Below are positions 16,828 through 24,654 of a stretch of DNA of 33,827 nucleotides, piece by piece. The DNA is from Candidatus Woesearchaeota archaeon (lineage in GTDB: Archaea; Nanobdellota; Nanobdellia; Pacearchaeales; GW2011-AR1). A program made the position numbers and the translations under genes. How positions within the stretch are numbered: position 1 is the first letter of the stretch; every line of letters starts with the position of its first letter. The stretch spans positions 1 to 33,827 of the forward strand of contig CAZDZI010000004.1 in NCBI GenBank assembly GCA_964509925.1. The letters are read 5' to 3'. The notes beneath the pieces are model-generated. The model was given only the letters and a program-made list of their open reading frames with translations. It was not told the origin of the DNA and did not search any database.

Positions 16828-16945
16828 TATTTTCCTCCTTTTTAGTAATTTAATCTACATTTATCAAATACAAATTGGATTTAAATAAGTTTGTGTTATT
16901 TTAATAAAATAAAAAAAAGAAGAATATTAAAAAATAAAATAAAAA

Positions 16946-17344
16946 TTATTTCTTCCTAGATTTTTTCTTCACTTTCTTTTTAACTTTTTTAGCTGTCTTA
17001 GCCTTAGCTTTTCCATTAGAAATTCCAGAAAGTGTTGCCTTAAATCCAATTGGAGCTTGCTTTCCAACTAAAACCTTAACATTATCTGCAAGTTTCTTAG
17101 TTTTTGCGATAGCCATCTTAATGTTTCCATCAAGTCTCTTAAGCTCTTTATTAGTTTTCTTTACTGAAGATGCTAATGCTTTTTCAGAAATTTTTCCAAA
17201 AAAGAATCTTTTTGATTCAGAAGCAAAGTCATCTAAAAGCCCTTGTTTTTCATTTTGACGAGCCCTAATTAATTCCCCTGTTGTAGTTAATCCTTTTTGC
17301 AATTTAGCAAAGAATTCTTCATTCATCTTTTTAGTTTGAACCAT
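16946..17344 (-). CDS. coiled-coil protein with Lys-rich C-terminal tail (possible nucleic-acid-binding protein)
   Basis: 132 aa ending KAKAKTAKKVKKKVKKKSRKK. A strong SD (GGAGGT) lies 8 nt upstream of the ATG. Confidence 0.5.
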   Translation of the reverse strand: MVQTKKMNEEFFAKLQKGLTTTGELIRARQNEKQGLLDDFASESKRFFFGKISEKALASSVKKTNKELKRLDGNIKMAIAKTKKLADNVKVLVGKQAPIGFKATLSGISNGKAKAKTAKKVKKKVKKKSRKK

Positions 17345-17402
17345 TTTTAAACCTCCTTTTATAATTCATTAAAATAAAATATTATATATAAATTTATGGT
17401 AA

Positions 17403-19094
17403 TTACATTTCGTTTATCATTTCTATTCCCAATAATGCCATTCCATTCTTTAATATCTGGCGAAATGACTCCACTAATGCTAGTCTAAAAGATTCATTTT
17501 CTGAATTAATCACCCAGTTATTCTCATAAAACTCATTAAATTTCTGGCAGATTGAATAACAATAATTAGCAATTACAGAAGGGGATAAATTATTATGTGC
17601 TTCGATTATAGTGTCTTGAAATAAAGATAATTTTTTTACTAATTCTAATTCTTGCTTGTTTAATTCTTTAATATTAAATTTAGTTTGATCTTTTGCTTTT
17701 TTAATAATTGAAGTTGCTCTTGCAAAGGTATATTGTATATATGGTCCAGTATTACCTTCAAAAGAAGTAAATTTCTTTAAGTCAAAAATCATATTATTTG
17801 ATTTATTATTTTTTAAATCTCCATAGAAAATTGCTCCAAGTGCAACTTTCTTTGCTCTTTTTTCTAATTCGGTTTTTGAAAGCTTAGGAAACCTTTTTTT
17901 GATTTCTTTTTTTGTTAAAGTGCTTGTTTTATCCAAGATATCTTGCATAAGAACTGTTTTACCTTTTCTTGTAGCAAACTTTTTCCCATCTTTATCTAAA
18001 TATAACCCATGAGCCACATGAAAACAATTACTTGCCCATTTATAACCCATTAATTCTAAAATCTTAAACAATTGTCTAAAATAAAATTTCTGTTCTTGAC
18101 CTACTTCATAAATCATTTTTTCAAATTTATATTTTTCAAATCTTTTTATTGCTGCAGCTAAATCTCTTGTTGCATAAAGAGTTGTCCCATCTGTTTTTTG
18201 AATTAAAACAACTCCTAATTTATATTCTTCTAAATCAACTATCCAAGCACCTTGGCTTTCCTTTAGAAGTTTCTTGTCTGTTAGTTCTTTTACTACTCTT
18301 TTTGTATGTTTTACTGATTCAGATTCTCCAGAAAAAACATCAAATTTGATTCCTAATGATTTGTAAGTTTTCTCAAATTCTTTAAGACTTAAATTTCTAA
18401 ATAATTTCCATAACATCAAAGACTTTCTATCTTTACTTTCTAATTTTTTAAAAGCTTCTCTTGAAGGTTCTTCATATTTTTTGTCTTTATTTACTTTAAC
18501 ATAAATCTTCATTAAATGGCTAATTGGATCTTTCATTAATTTATCCTCTTTGCCCCATTTTTCAAATCCAAAAATTAATTTTCCAAATTGTGTTCCCCAA
18601 TCTCCAAGATAATTTAATCTAATAGGCTTATATCCTAAAAACTCTGAAATATTTGCTAAAGAATTTCCAATAATTGTTGACCTTAAATGCCCAACTCCAA
18701 AAGGTTTTGCAATATTTGGAGAAGAATATTCAATAACTACTTTCTTTTTAGCTCCTACCTTGCTTCTTCCATATTTTTCTTTTTGAGTTATTGCTTCCCA
18801 TACAACTTTTCTAGCCATGTTTTTTCTATCTAAAAAGAAATTTACATATCCTCCTGCAGTTTGCACATCATCAAAATCTGTTTCAGAGATGTTTCCTATC
18901 TCTGTTCTTAATTTAATAGCAAGTTCATTTGGAAGCATTTTTGTTTTATCTCTTAAAAAAAATACTGGAAAAGAAAAATCTCCCATCTCCACAGAAGGAG
19001 GCATTTCTAATTTACTTTCAACATCTTCAAGCTTCATACTTACATTTAATTTTTTTAAGGCTTTTTGAAGAATCTGAGCCACCTGCTTTTTCAT
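17403..19094 (-). CDS. argS: arginyl-tRNA synthetase
   Basis: SSPNIAKPFGVGHLRSTIIGNSL is the HIGH-type region typical of ArgRS. The N-terminal Arg_tRNA_synt_N-like region, the C-terminal DALR-like anticodon-binding region and the 563-aa length also fit. Confidence 0.85.
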   Translation of the reverse strand: MKKQVAQILQKALKKLNVSMKLEDVESKLEMPPSVEMGDFSFPVFFLRDKTKMLPNELAIKLRTEIGNISETDFDDVQTAGGYVNFFLDRKNMARKVVWEAITQKEKYGRSKVGAKKKVVIEYSSPNIAKPFGVGHLRSTIIGNSLANISEFLGYKPIRLNYLGDWGTQFGKLIFGFEKWGKEDKLMKDPISHLMKIYVKVNKDKKYEEPSREAFKKLESKDRKSLMLWKLFRNLSLKEFEKTYKSLGIKFDVFSGESESVKHTKRVVKELTDKKLLKESQGAWIVDLEEYKLGVVLIQKTDGTTLYATRDLAAAIKRFEKYKFEKMIYEVGQEQKFYFRQLFKILELMGYKWASNCFHVAHGLYLDKDGKKFATRKGKTVLMQDILDKTSTLTKKEIKKRFPKLSKTELEKRAKKVALGAIFYGDLKNNKSNNMIFDLKKFTSFEGNTGPYIQYTFARATSIIKKAKDQTKFNIKELNKQELELVKKLSLFQDTIIEAHNNLSPSVIANYCYSICQKFNEFYENNWVINSENESFRLALVESFRQILKNGMALLGIEMINEM

Positions 19095-19139
19095 AAGATA
19101 TAAAAACTAACACACATTATAAATCTTACCAAATAGAAA

Positions 19140-20051
19140 ATGAAAAAATTTGATGTTATTATCATCGGAGCTGGACCTGCGGGATTAACTGCTGGTTTAT
19201 ATGCTGTAAGAAGTGGCCTTAAAACTGCCATAATTAGTAAAGACATCGGAGGAACTACAAATTCTATTCTTTTGCTAGAAAACTGGCCAGGGTTTAGTGG
19301 AAATGGAGGAGAACTTATGAAACAATTCTATGATCAATTAAAAGAATATGATATTGAATTTATTATGGGAGATGTAGAAGATGTTCAGAAAAAATCTGAA
19401 TTATTTTTAGTTAAAACAAAAAAAGAAGAAATTGAAGCAAAGGCTTTGATAATTACTACAGGAACTGAAAGGAAAAAGTTAAATGTTCCTGGAGAAAAAG
19501 AACTTACTGGAAAAGGGGTAAGTTATTGTGTTACATGTGATGCTTTTTTCTTTAAAGATAAAGTTGTAGGAGTTATTGGGGGAAGTGACTGTGCTGCTGT
19601 ATCTGCAATTGCATTAGCAGATTTAGCTAAAAAAGTCTATATTATTTATCGGGGAGAAAAATTAAGATGTGAAGATGTTAATTATGAAAGATTAAAAAAT
19701 AAAGAAAATGTAGAAATGATTTACAATGCTATTCCATTAAAAATAGTTGGAGAAGAAAAAGTTAGTGCATTGGAAATTCAAGAAAAAGGAGTAAATAAAA
19801 ACATTGAACTTGATGGGTTATTTATAGAAATTGGTTCTATTCCTTTAAACAAATTTTCAAAAGATTTAGGATTAGATTTAGATGAAAAAGGTTATATTGT
19901 TGTTAATGATAATATGAATACTTCTGTTGAAGGTGTTTTTGCTGCAGGAGATATAACAAACCAAAAACTAAAACAAGTTGTTGTTGCTTCTGGTCAAGGA
20001 AGTATTGCTGCTAAGTCTGCGTATGATTATTTGAAAAATAAAGATTTATAA
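19140..20051 (+). CDS. trxB: thioredoxin-reductase-like flavoprotein disulfide reductase
   Basis: FAD motif IIIGAGPAG, redox CxxC CVTCDAFFF, C-terminal FAAGD, and 303 aa. The second dinucleotide site reads GGSDCAA and YRGEKLR rather than GGGNSA and HRRxxxR. Confidence 0.75.
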   Translation: MKKFDVIIIGAGPAGLTAGLYAVRSGLKTAIISKDIGGTTNSILLLENWPGFSGNGGELMKQFYDQLKEYDIEFIMGDVEDVQKKSELFLVKTKKEEIEAKALIITTGTERKKLNVPGEKELTGKGVSYCVTCDAFFFKDKVVGVIGGSDCAAVSAIALADLAKKVYIIYRGEKLRCEDVNYERLKNKENVEMIYNAIPLKIVGEEKVSALEIQEKGVNKNIELDGLFIEIGSIPLNKFSKDLGLDLDEKGYIVVNDNMNTSVEGVFAAGDITNQKLKQVVVASGQGSIAAKSAYDYLKNKDL

Positions 20052-20073
20052 ATAAAGTTCCTCGGGTTTAATT

Positions 20074-20307
20074 ATGGTAAAGATAAAAGAAGAAAATCTT
20101 GAAAAAGCTTTTGAAAAAGAAGAGCAAAAAACACCTGCAATGTCTAAAGACATGGAGCTTGGGTTTCATCAAGGTGCTTTGAATACTTTGGTTAATGAAA
20201 GAAATGAGTTAATTAAGATTATTCAGAACATTGAAGCAGTTATGCAAGCACATATCAAAAGATTAGAAGAGCTTGGAGTAAAGATAAAAACAGGGAAAAA
20301 ACAATAA
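20074..20307 (+). CDS. small coiled-coil hypothetical protein
   Basis: 77-aa Glu/Lys-rich ORF. I recognise no family. Confidence 0.4.
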   Translation: MVKIKEENLEKAFEKEEQKTPAMSKDMELGFHQGALNTLVNERNELIKIIQNIEAVMQAHIKRLEELGVKIKTGKKQ

Positions 20308-20312
20308 ATTCT

Positions 20313-20328
20313 AAAGGTTTTTATATAG
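20313..20328 (+). promoter_or_regulatory. BRE/TATA-like promoter of tRNA-Leu
   Basis: aaaggtttttatatag ends about 21 nt upstream of tRNA position 1 (20349). Confidence 0.5.
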
Positions 20329-20348
20329 AAAATCTGTGTTATTTTTAA

Positions 20349-20432
20349 GCGAGGGTGCCGGAGTGGTCAAACGGGCAGCCCTTAAGAGGCTGTAGCTTAG
20401 TGCTTACGCAGGTTCAAATCCTGTCCCTCGCA
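20349..20432 (+). tRNA. tRNA-Leu (anticodon UAA), type II
   Basis: Hand-folded with acceptor GCGAGGG/CCCTCGC and discriminator A. The anticodon stem is CAGCC/GGCUG with loop CUUAAGA. It has a long variable arm and T-arm GCAGG-UUCAAAU-CCUGU. Confidence 0.8.
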
Positions 20433-20444
20433 TTCGTAAGAAAA

Positions 20445-21014
20445 ATGGTAAATAAAACAATAAAGAAAAAATTAAGTATAATAATTCTTTGTATGATTTT
20501 ATTAATTAATTTGAATCTTGGTCTAATGGGAGGATTTGTTGAAGTTCAACCCTCACTCGTTTCTCCAATAGATTTAGTTTCCTCTCCTATTGTGCCTTCT
20601 GACACTCCTAATGAAAAATTATGGAGTGATGAGGGAATTTGTAAGCACATGAAAGGCTGTTGGATGGGAAATGAATGTTATCCATTTGGATATATAAAAG
20701 ATGGCTCTTACTGCTATGATAAAGCAGAATATTATTATTCTGGGTTTTACACAATTAATTTTGTAAACCAATCTAATTCTAATGAAAGATGTGAATATGA
20801 TTTTCAATGTAAAAGTAATGGGTGTTTTAATGGGAAATGTATGAGTGGCCTAAACACATTCATTAAAGATATTATGTCAAGATTAACAATTCTTGAAAAT
20901 AAAAAAGATTATCAAATTCCAGAAGAAAAACAAATGAATAATTCTAATCAAAGTTTAAAAGGTCCTCAAAAAAGTAATGGAATAACAGGATTTTTTACAA
21001 GGCTATTCAATTAA
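20445..21014 (+). CDS. secreted Cys-rich hypothetical protein
   Basis: The tracked ORF (from 20355) runs through tRNA-Leu, so the start is moved to Met31 (MVNKTIKKKLSIIILCMILLINLNLG, signal/anchor). The body has many Cys (CKHMKGCWMGNECY, CEYDFQCKSNGCFNGKC). Confidence 0.55.
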   Translation: MVNKTIKKKLSIIILCMILLINLNLGLMGGFVEVQPSLVSPIDLVSSPIVPSDTPNEKLWSDEGICKHMKGCWMGNECYPFGYIKDGSYCYDKAEYYYSGFYTINFVNQSNSNERCEYDFQCKSNGCFNGKCMSGLNTFIKDIMSRLTILENKKDYQIPEEKQMNNSNQSLKGPQKSNGITGFFTRLFN

Positions 21015-21049
21015 AATTTGAGTATAGACAAAAAATAATCTTTAAAAAA

Positions 21050-21739
21050 ATGAAAAAGAAATATATTCTAATTTTGACATTTTTAATTTTACTACTTTTT
21101 ATTGTAAATTATAAATTTCTAGATAACCATATTACAAATTTTTTAATGACTAGGGATTCTGTAATTGTTGATCGAATTATTGATGGAGACACCATAGAAG
21201 CACATGGAGAATCAATACGACTTCTTGGGATAAACTCTCCTGAAAAAGGAGAAAAAGGCTATGATGAAGCAAAAGAGTTTCTTGAAGAAATGATTTTAGA
21301 AGAAAAAGTTTATTTAGAATATGGAAAAGAGAGAAAAGATAAATATGATAGAACTCTTGCATATGTTTTTCTTGGAGATTTAAATATAAATATTCAATCT
21401 GTATTAAAAGGATATTCAAATTATTATTTTCCTTCTGGTAAAGACAAGTATTATTTTGCATTCAAATCTGCTTGGGAAGAATGTATTAAGAATAATAAAA
21501 ACAGATGTGAAAAATCAGAAAATGTTTGTATTGATTGTGTGGATATAAATTATAATCAAGAAAAAGTTACCTTGATTAATTATTGTAGTTTTTCATGTGA
21601 TTTTAATGAATGGACCATTAGTGGAGAAGGAAGAAAAATTTTCAATATAAAAGAAAATATTAAAGTAGATGTTGGTGAGCAAGATACATTATTTTTAAGA
21701 GATAAAGAAGATAAATTAATCTTATGGCGAAGTTATTAA
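21050..21739 (+). CDS. membrane-anchored staphylococcal-nuclease (SNase/thermonuclease) homologue with C-terminal lamin-tail-like domain
   Basis: It has an N-terminal TM (YILILTFLILLLFIV). The SNase core is RIIDGDTIEAHGESIRLLGINSPE...YDRTLAYVF. The C-terminal segment VTLINY...FNEWTISGEGRKIFNI...DTLFLRDKEDKLILW resembles an LTD. Confidence 0.7.
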   Translation: MKKKYILILTFLILLLFIVNYKFLDNHITNFLMTRDSVIVDRIIDGDTIEAHGESIRLLGINSPEKGEKGYDEAKEFLEEMILEEKVYLEYGKERKDKYDRTLAYVFLGDLNINIQSVLKGYSNYYFPSGKDKYYFAFKSAWEECIKNNKNRCEKSENVCIDCVDINYNQEKVTLINYCSFSCDFNEWTISGEGRKIFNIKENIKVDVGEQDTLFLRDKEDKLILWRSY

Positions 21740-21780
21740 ATCACAATAATTTTTATAAACAAATAAGCCATTAAACCCTT

Positions 21781-22146
21781 ATGGTAAAAAGAGCTATTTT
21801 TTTAGCAATATTTCTTATTTTAATGATTAATTTTGTAAGTTCAGGAAATGTTCATTTAATTAGCCCGCTTGGAGGAGATAATTCTCTTCAATTAAATCAA
21901 TTCTGTGATGTTGATTGGAGATGCACTAATTGGGGAGAATGCATTGGGGGAGAAAAAACAAGGGTTTGCTATGATGATAATAATTGTCGATTCAAATATA
22001 ATGTTCCTGTAACAAAAATAAAATGTAAAGCAGATGTTAATGTAGGGTATGTTTCAAATTTAAATACTCAATTAATTTTCTTTGGATTTTTTACAGGTAT
22101 TTTACTACTAATTTTGCTTATAATTCTAGTTGGATTACGACGATAG
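21781..22146 (+). CDS. small surface protein with Trp/Cys-rich module and C-terminal TM anchor
   Basis: It has a signal peptide (AIFLAIFLILMINFVSS), the module CDVDWRCTNWGECIGGEKTRVCYDDNNC, and a C-terminal TM (LIFFGFFTGILLLILLIILVGL). Confidence 0.55.
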   Translation: MVKRAIFLAIFLILMINFVSSGNVHLISPLGGDNSLQLNQFCDVDWRCTNWGECIGGEKTRVCYDDNNCRFKYNVPVTKIKCKADVNVGYVSNLNTQLIFFGFFTGILLLILLIILVGLRR

Positions 22147-22161
22147 GAAAGCTTAAATATT
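22147..22161 (+). promoter_or_regulatory. BRE/TATA-like promoter of SRP RNA
   Basis: gaaagcttaaatatt ends about 20-24 nt upstream of the predicted RNA 5' end. Confidence 0.45.
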
Positions 22162-22180
22162 CTTGATATACCCTAATTTA

Positions 22181-22437
22181 GTAGACTAGGTCAGCGGGTT
22201 AGCCCTCCGCTATTTGCAAGTGGGCTTTAGGCAGACTACGAGTGGGGCGTGATGAGCGTGTTAGGGAGTCTTTGTTCCTACATTGACGCTTTGTCCGTTT
22301 TGACTTTGTAGGTGCGAATTGGGTCAGGCCTTGATCGGAGCAGCCCTAACCATTTATTAAAGTGCTTAGCGGGTCGCAGAGCCGAGGAAGAATAAAGGTA
22401 GCTTTCTAAAATGTTTTGAGCTAACCACTTGGTCTAC
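22181..22437 (+). ncRNA. signal recognition particle RNA (7S/SRP RNA)
   Basis: This is a GC-rich island in an AT-rich, ORF-free gap. GGUCAGGCCUUGAUCGGAGCAGCC aligns position for position with the conserved helix-8 SRP54-binding motif GGUCAGGUCCGGAAGGAAGCAGCC. The 5' end GUAGAC...GGUUAGC pairs with the 3' end GCUAACC...GUCUAC. A TATA-like box lies upstream. The exact ends are approximate. Confidence 0.7.
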
Positions 22438-22445
22438 ACTGTGAG

Positions 22446-22463
22446 GAAAACCTAGGTTTTCCT
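22446..22463. terminator. perfect 18-bp palindrome GGAAAACCTAGGTTTTCC just after SRP RNA (hairpin/terminator or protein-binding site)
   Basis: Read directly: ggaaaacct followed by aggttttcc, its exact reverse complement. It starts 9 nt after the SRP RNA 3' pairing segment. Confidence 0.4.
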
Positions 22464-22490
22464 TGACACTCAACCTTTCCTAAGATAGTC
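22451..22490. promoter_or_regulatory. repeated intergenic motif copy B (TTGACACTCAA followed by CCTTTCCTAAGATAG) upstream of the pilus operon
   Basis: It matches 7161-7200 at 29 of 40 positions and 7225-7239 at 14 of 15. It lies about 50 nt upstream of the first pilin ATG (22541). Confidence 0.4.
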
Positions 22491-22540
22491 AACCTTCTTT
22501 TATTAGATAACTTAATAAATTAGTTTTTATTCTTTTAATT

Positions 22541-23068
22541 ATGAATAAAAGAGGTCAGTTTTATCTTGCAGCTGCAATTGTGATTGTTGTAGTAATTATT
22601 GGTTTTGCTGCAATTCAAAATTATACTAAAAAACAAAGTTCTAGCCAATTATATGATGTTAAAGATGAACTTGGCATTGAAGGAGGAAAAGTATTAGATT
22701 ATGGAACATATAATTTAGATAGTGAAGAAGATAAAGAACAATTACTAATAGATTTCACAAGTAATTATAGTGAATATGCAGGAGAAGAGAGAAACCTTTA
22801 CTTTGTGTTTGGGAATTCTGAAAAAATTTATGTAATAAAATATGAAGAAATTGCTAGTGGAAGCATTTCTATAAATATTGGGGGCATAACATCTGGATTA
22901 GAAACTTATACTAGTGGAGGAGAAATAGAATCTTATGTTCCTGAAGGAAATGAAGTTATAATTACAATTGACGGGCTTGATTATGAGTTTGAATTAAAAA
23001 GAGGGGAGAACTTTTATTTTATAATTTCTCAAGATATTGAAGGAGAGCAACATGTGGTTATTTCATAA
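22541..23068 (+). CDS. prepilin-like protein (class III signal peptide)
   Basis: The N-terminus MNKRG|QFYLAAAIVIVVVIIGFAAI has a short basic leader ending in Gly, then a hydrophobic helix. It is the first gene of the filament locus. Confidence 0.65.
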   Translation: MNKRGQFYLAAAIVIVVVIIGFAAIQNYTKKQSSSQLYDVKDELGIEGGKVLDYGTYNLDSEEDKEQLLIDFTSNYSEYAGEERNLYFVFGNSEKIYVIKYEEIASGSISINIGGITSGLETYTSGGEIESYVPEGNEVIITIDGLDYEFELKRGENFYFIISQDIEGEQHVVIS

Positions 23069-23567
23069 AAAAGGTGTAAGCATAATGATTGGTTATGTAT
23101 TATTAATTACATTTGCAATAATAATTGGAGGAGTAGTATATACTTGGATGAGTTCTTATGTTCCTACTGAAACTATTGAATGCCCAGATGGTGTTTCTAT
23201 TTTTATTAAAGATGTTGAATGTTCTATTGTTGAAGGAGAGTATCAATTAGCATTAAATATTACAAATAATGGAAGATTTGCTATTGATGGTTATTATCTT
23301 AAAATTTCTAATAATCCTGATATTCCCATTGGCACTATTCCTGTTACAGAAATTATTTCAGGTGGACAATCAGCTCAAGGAGGAATTATTCTTTTTCCTG
23401 GAACAAATTTAGAGCCAGGAAAAAATTCTCTAGGAAATATTTTTAAATTAAGTGAAAAAGCATATATGGTAGAAATTACTCCAATTAGATATAATATTAT
23501 TGATAATAAAAATAGGTTATCTATTTGTGGTAGTGCTAAGGCTAGTGAAAAAATAAGCTGTGAGTAA
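23052..23567 (+). CDS. archaeal pilin-like protein (DUF361/FlaG-FlaF-type N-terminus)
   Basis: Start at ATG 23052, with GGAG 6-8 nt upstream. The N-terminus is MWLFHKKG|VSIMIGYVLLITFAIIIGG, and the beta-rich body includes ITNNGRFAIDGYYLKI. It overlaps the upstream gene by 17 nt. Confidence 0.65.
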   Translation: MWLFHKKGVSIMIGYVLLITFAIIIGGVVYTWMSSYVPTETIECPDGVSIFIKDVECSIVEGEYQLALNITNNGRFAIDGYYLKISNNPDIPIGTIPVTEIISGGQSAQGGIILFPGTNLEPGKNSLGNIFKLSEKAYMVEITPIRYNIIDNKNRLSICGSAKASEKISCE

Positions 23568-23601
23568 TTAAATTTAAATAGTAAGATTAATTTAGGATAG
23601 A

Positions 23602-24063
23602 ATGAAAAAGAAAGGAGTGTCGCCAGTTATTGCTACAGTATTATTAATTGGTATGGTTATTGTTCTAGGACTTATAATATTTTTATGGATGAGGGCTTTA
23701 GCTCAAGAAACAATTACAAAATTTGAAGGAGAAAATATTGAACTTGCTTGTGATAAAGTTCAGTTTGAAGTAAGTAAAGTTGGTAGTCAAATAACAATTC
23801 TTAATTCTGGAAATACTCCTATTTATGATTTTAATATTAAACTCTCTAGCCTAGGAGCTTTTGAAACTAAAAAAGCAAGAGATTTATTTTATAGCTGGCC
23901 AAAATATGGATTAAATCCTGTAGGTGTGTTTTCTGAAGATTCAAGTGAACTAGAAAGTGCTAGTGAGATAATTATTACTCCAATTTTGCTAGGAGTATCT
24001 GAGACTGGAAGTCAAAAGACATTTATTTGCAATGAAAAAAGACATGGACAAGAAGTTTTCTAA
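23602..24063 (+). CDS. archaeal pilin-like protein (canonical KGVSPVIATVLLI N-terminus)
   Basis: MKKKG|VSPVIATVLLIGMVIVLGLIIF is the classic archaeal type IV pilin N-terminal domain. Confidence 0.75.
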   Translation: MKKKGVSPVIATVLLIGMVIVLGLIIFLWMRALAQETITKFEGENIELACDKVQFEVSKVGSQITILNSGNTPIYDFNIKLSSLGAFETKKARDLFYSWPKYGLNPVGVFSEDSSELESASEIIITPILLGVSETGSQKTFICNEKRHGQEVF

Positions 24064-24064
24064 A

Positions 24065-24565
24065 ATGAATAAAAAAGGTATTTCAGGTGTTGTTGCAACA
24101 GTTATTATGATTGCATTAGTTCTTGCTGCAGTTGCAATTGTTTGGGGGGTTGTTACTAATCTAATTGAAGATCAGTTAGAAGAATCTGAAAATTGTTTTA
24201 ATATCTTTGATAAAATTTCATTAAATTCAGCCTATACTTGCTATAATACTTCTAATAATAAACTTCTTTTTTCAGTAAGTGTTGGCGATATTAAAGTAAA
24301 TAAAATTCTTGTTTCTATTTCTGGACAAGGAACAACTAAAAGTTATACTCTTGCAAGTGAAGAGCAAACAATTACTGGGTTAACTATGTATCCTGGAGGA
24401 GAAAGCGAAATTATTATGCCTGAACAAAATGCTGGATTAACATATATTTCAAGTGAATTTCCATCAACGCCAGATTCAATAAGAATATCTCCTATTATTG
24501 GGGAGACTCAATGTGGAGTTACAGATTCTATTTCTCATATTGAGAGCTGTGCACTACTAGCATAA
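24065..24565 (+). CDS. archaeal pilin-like protein
   Basis: Start moved to Met12 of the tracked ORF (ATG 24065, directly after the upstream stop). The N-terminus is MNKKG|ISGVVATVIMIALVLAAVAIV. Confidence 0.7.
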   Translation: MNKKGISGVVATVIMIALVLAAVAIVWGVVTNLIEDQLEESENCFNIFDKISLNSAYTCYNTSNNKLLFSVSVGDIKVNKILVSISGQGTTKSYTLASEEQTITGLTMYPGGESEIIMPEQNAGLTYISSEFPSTPDSIRISPIIGETQCGVTDSISHIESCALLA

Positions 24566-24654
24566 TCCTAAAGAATCAACAAAGTCATTTGATTAGAGAA
24601 AGTAAATATTATAAAGCAATTTCTACTAAAGATAATATAAAAAGAGAGATACAG

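Noticed and set aside
20355-20444. N-terminal 30 codons of the tracked ORF 20355-21014 (MPEWSNGQPLRGCSLVLTQVQ...).
   Set aside because: This segment is the tRNA-Leu gene read as protein. The real CDS most plausibly starts at Met31 (20445), which begins a signal peptide.
22181-22437. RNase P RNA, or another structured RNA, as the identity of the GC-rich ORF-free island.
   Set aside because: There is no GAGGAAAGUCC-type CR-I element or other RNase P conserved region, and the length is too short. The helix-8 SRP motif and the 5'/3' terminal pairing fit SRP RNA on the plus strand.
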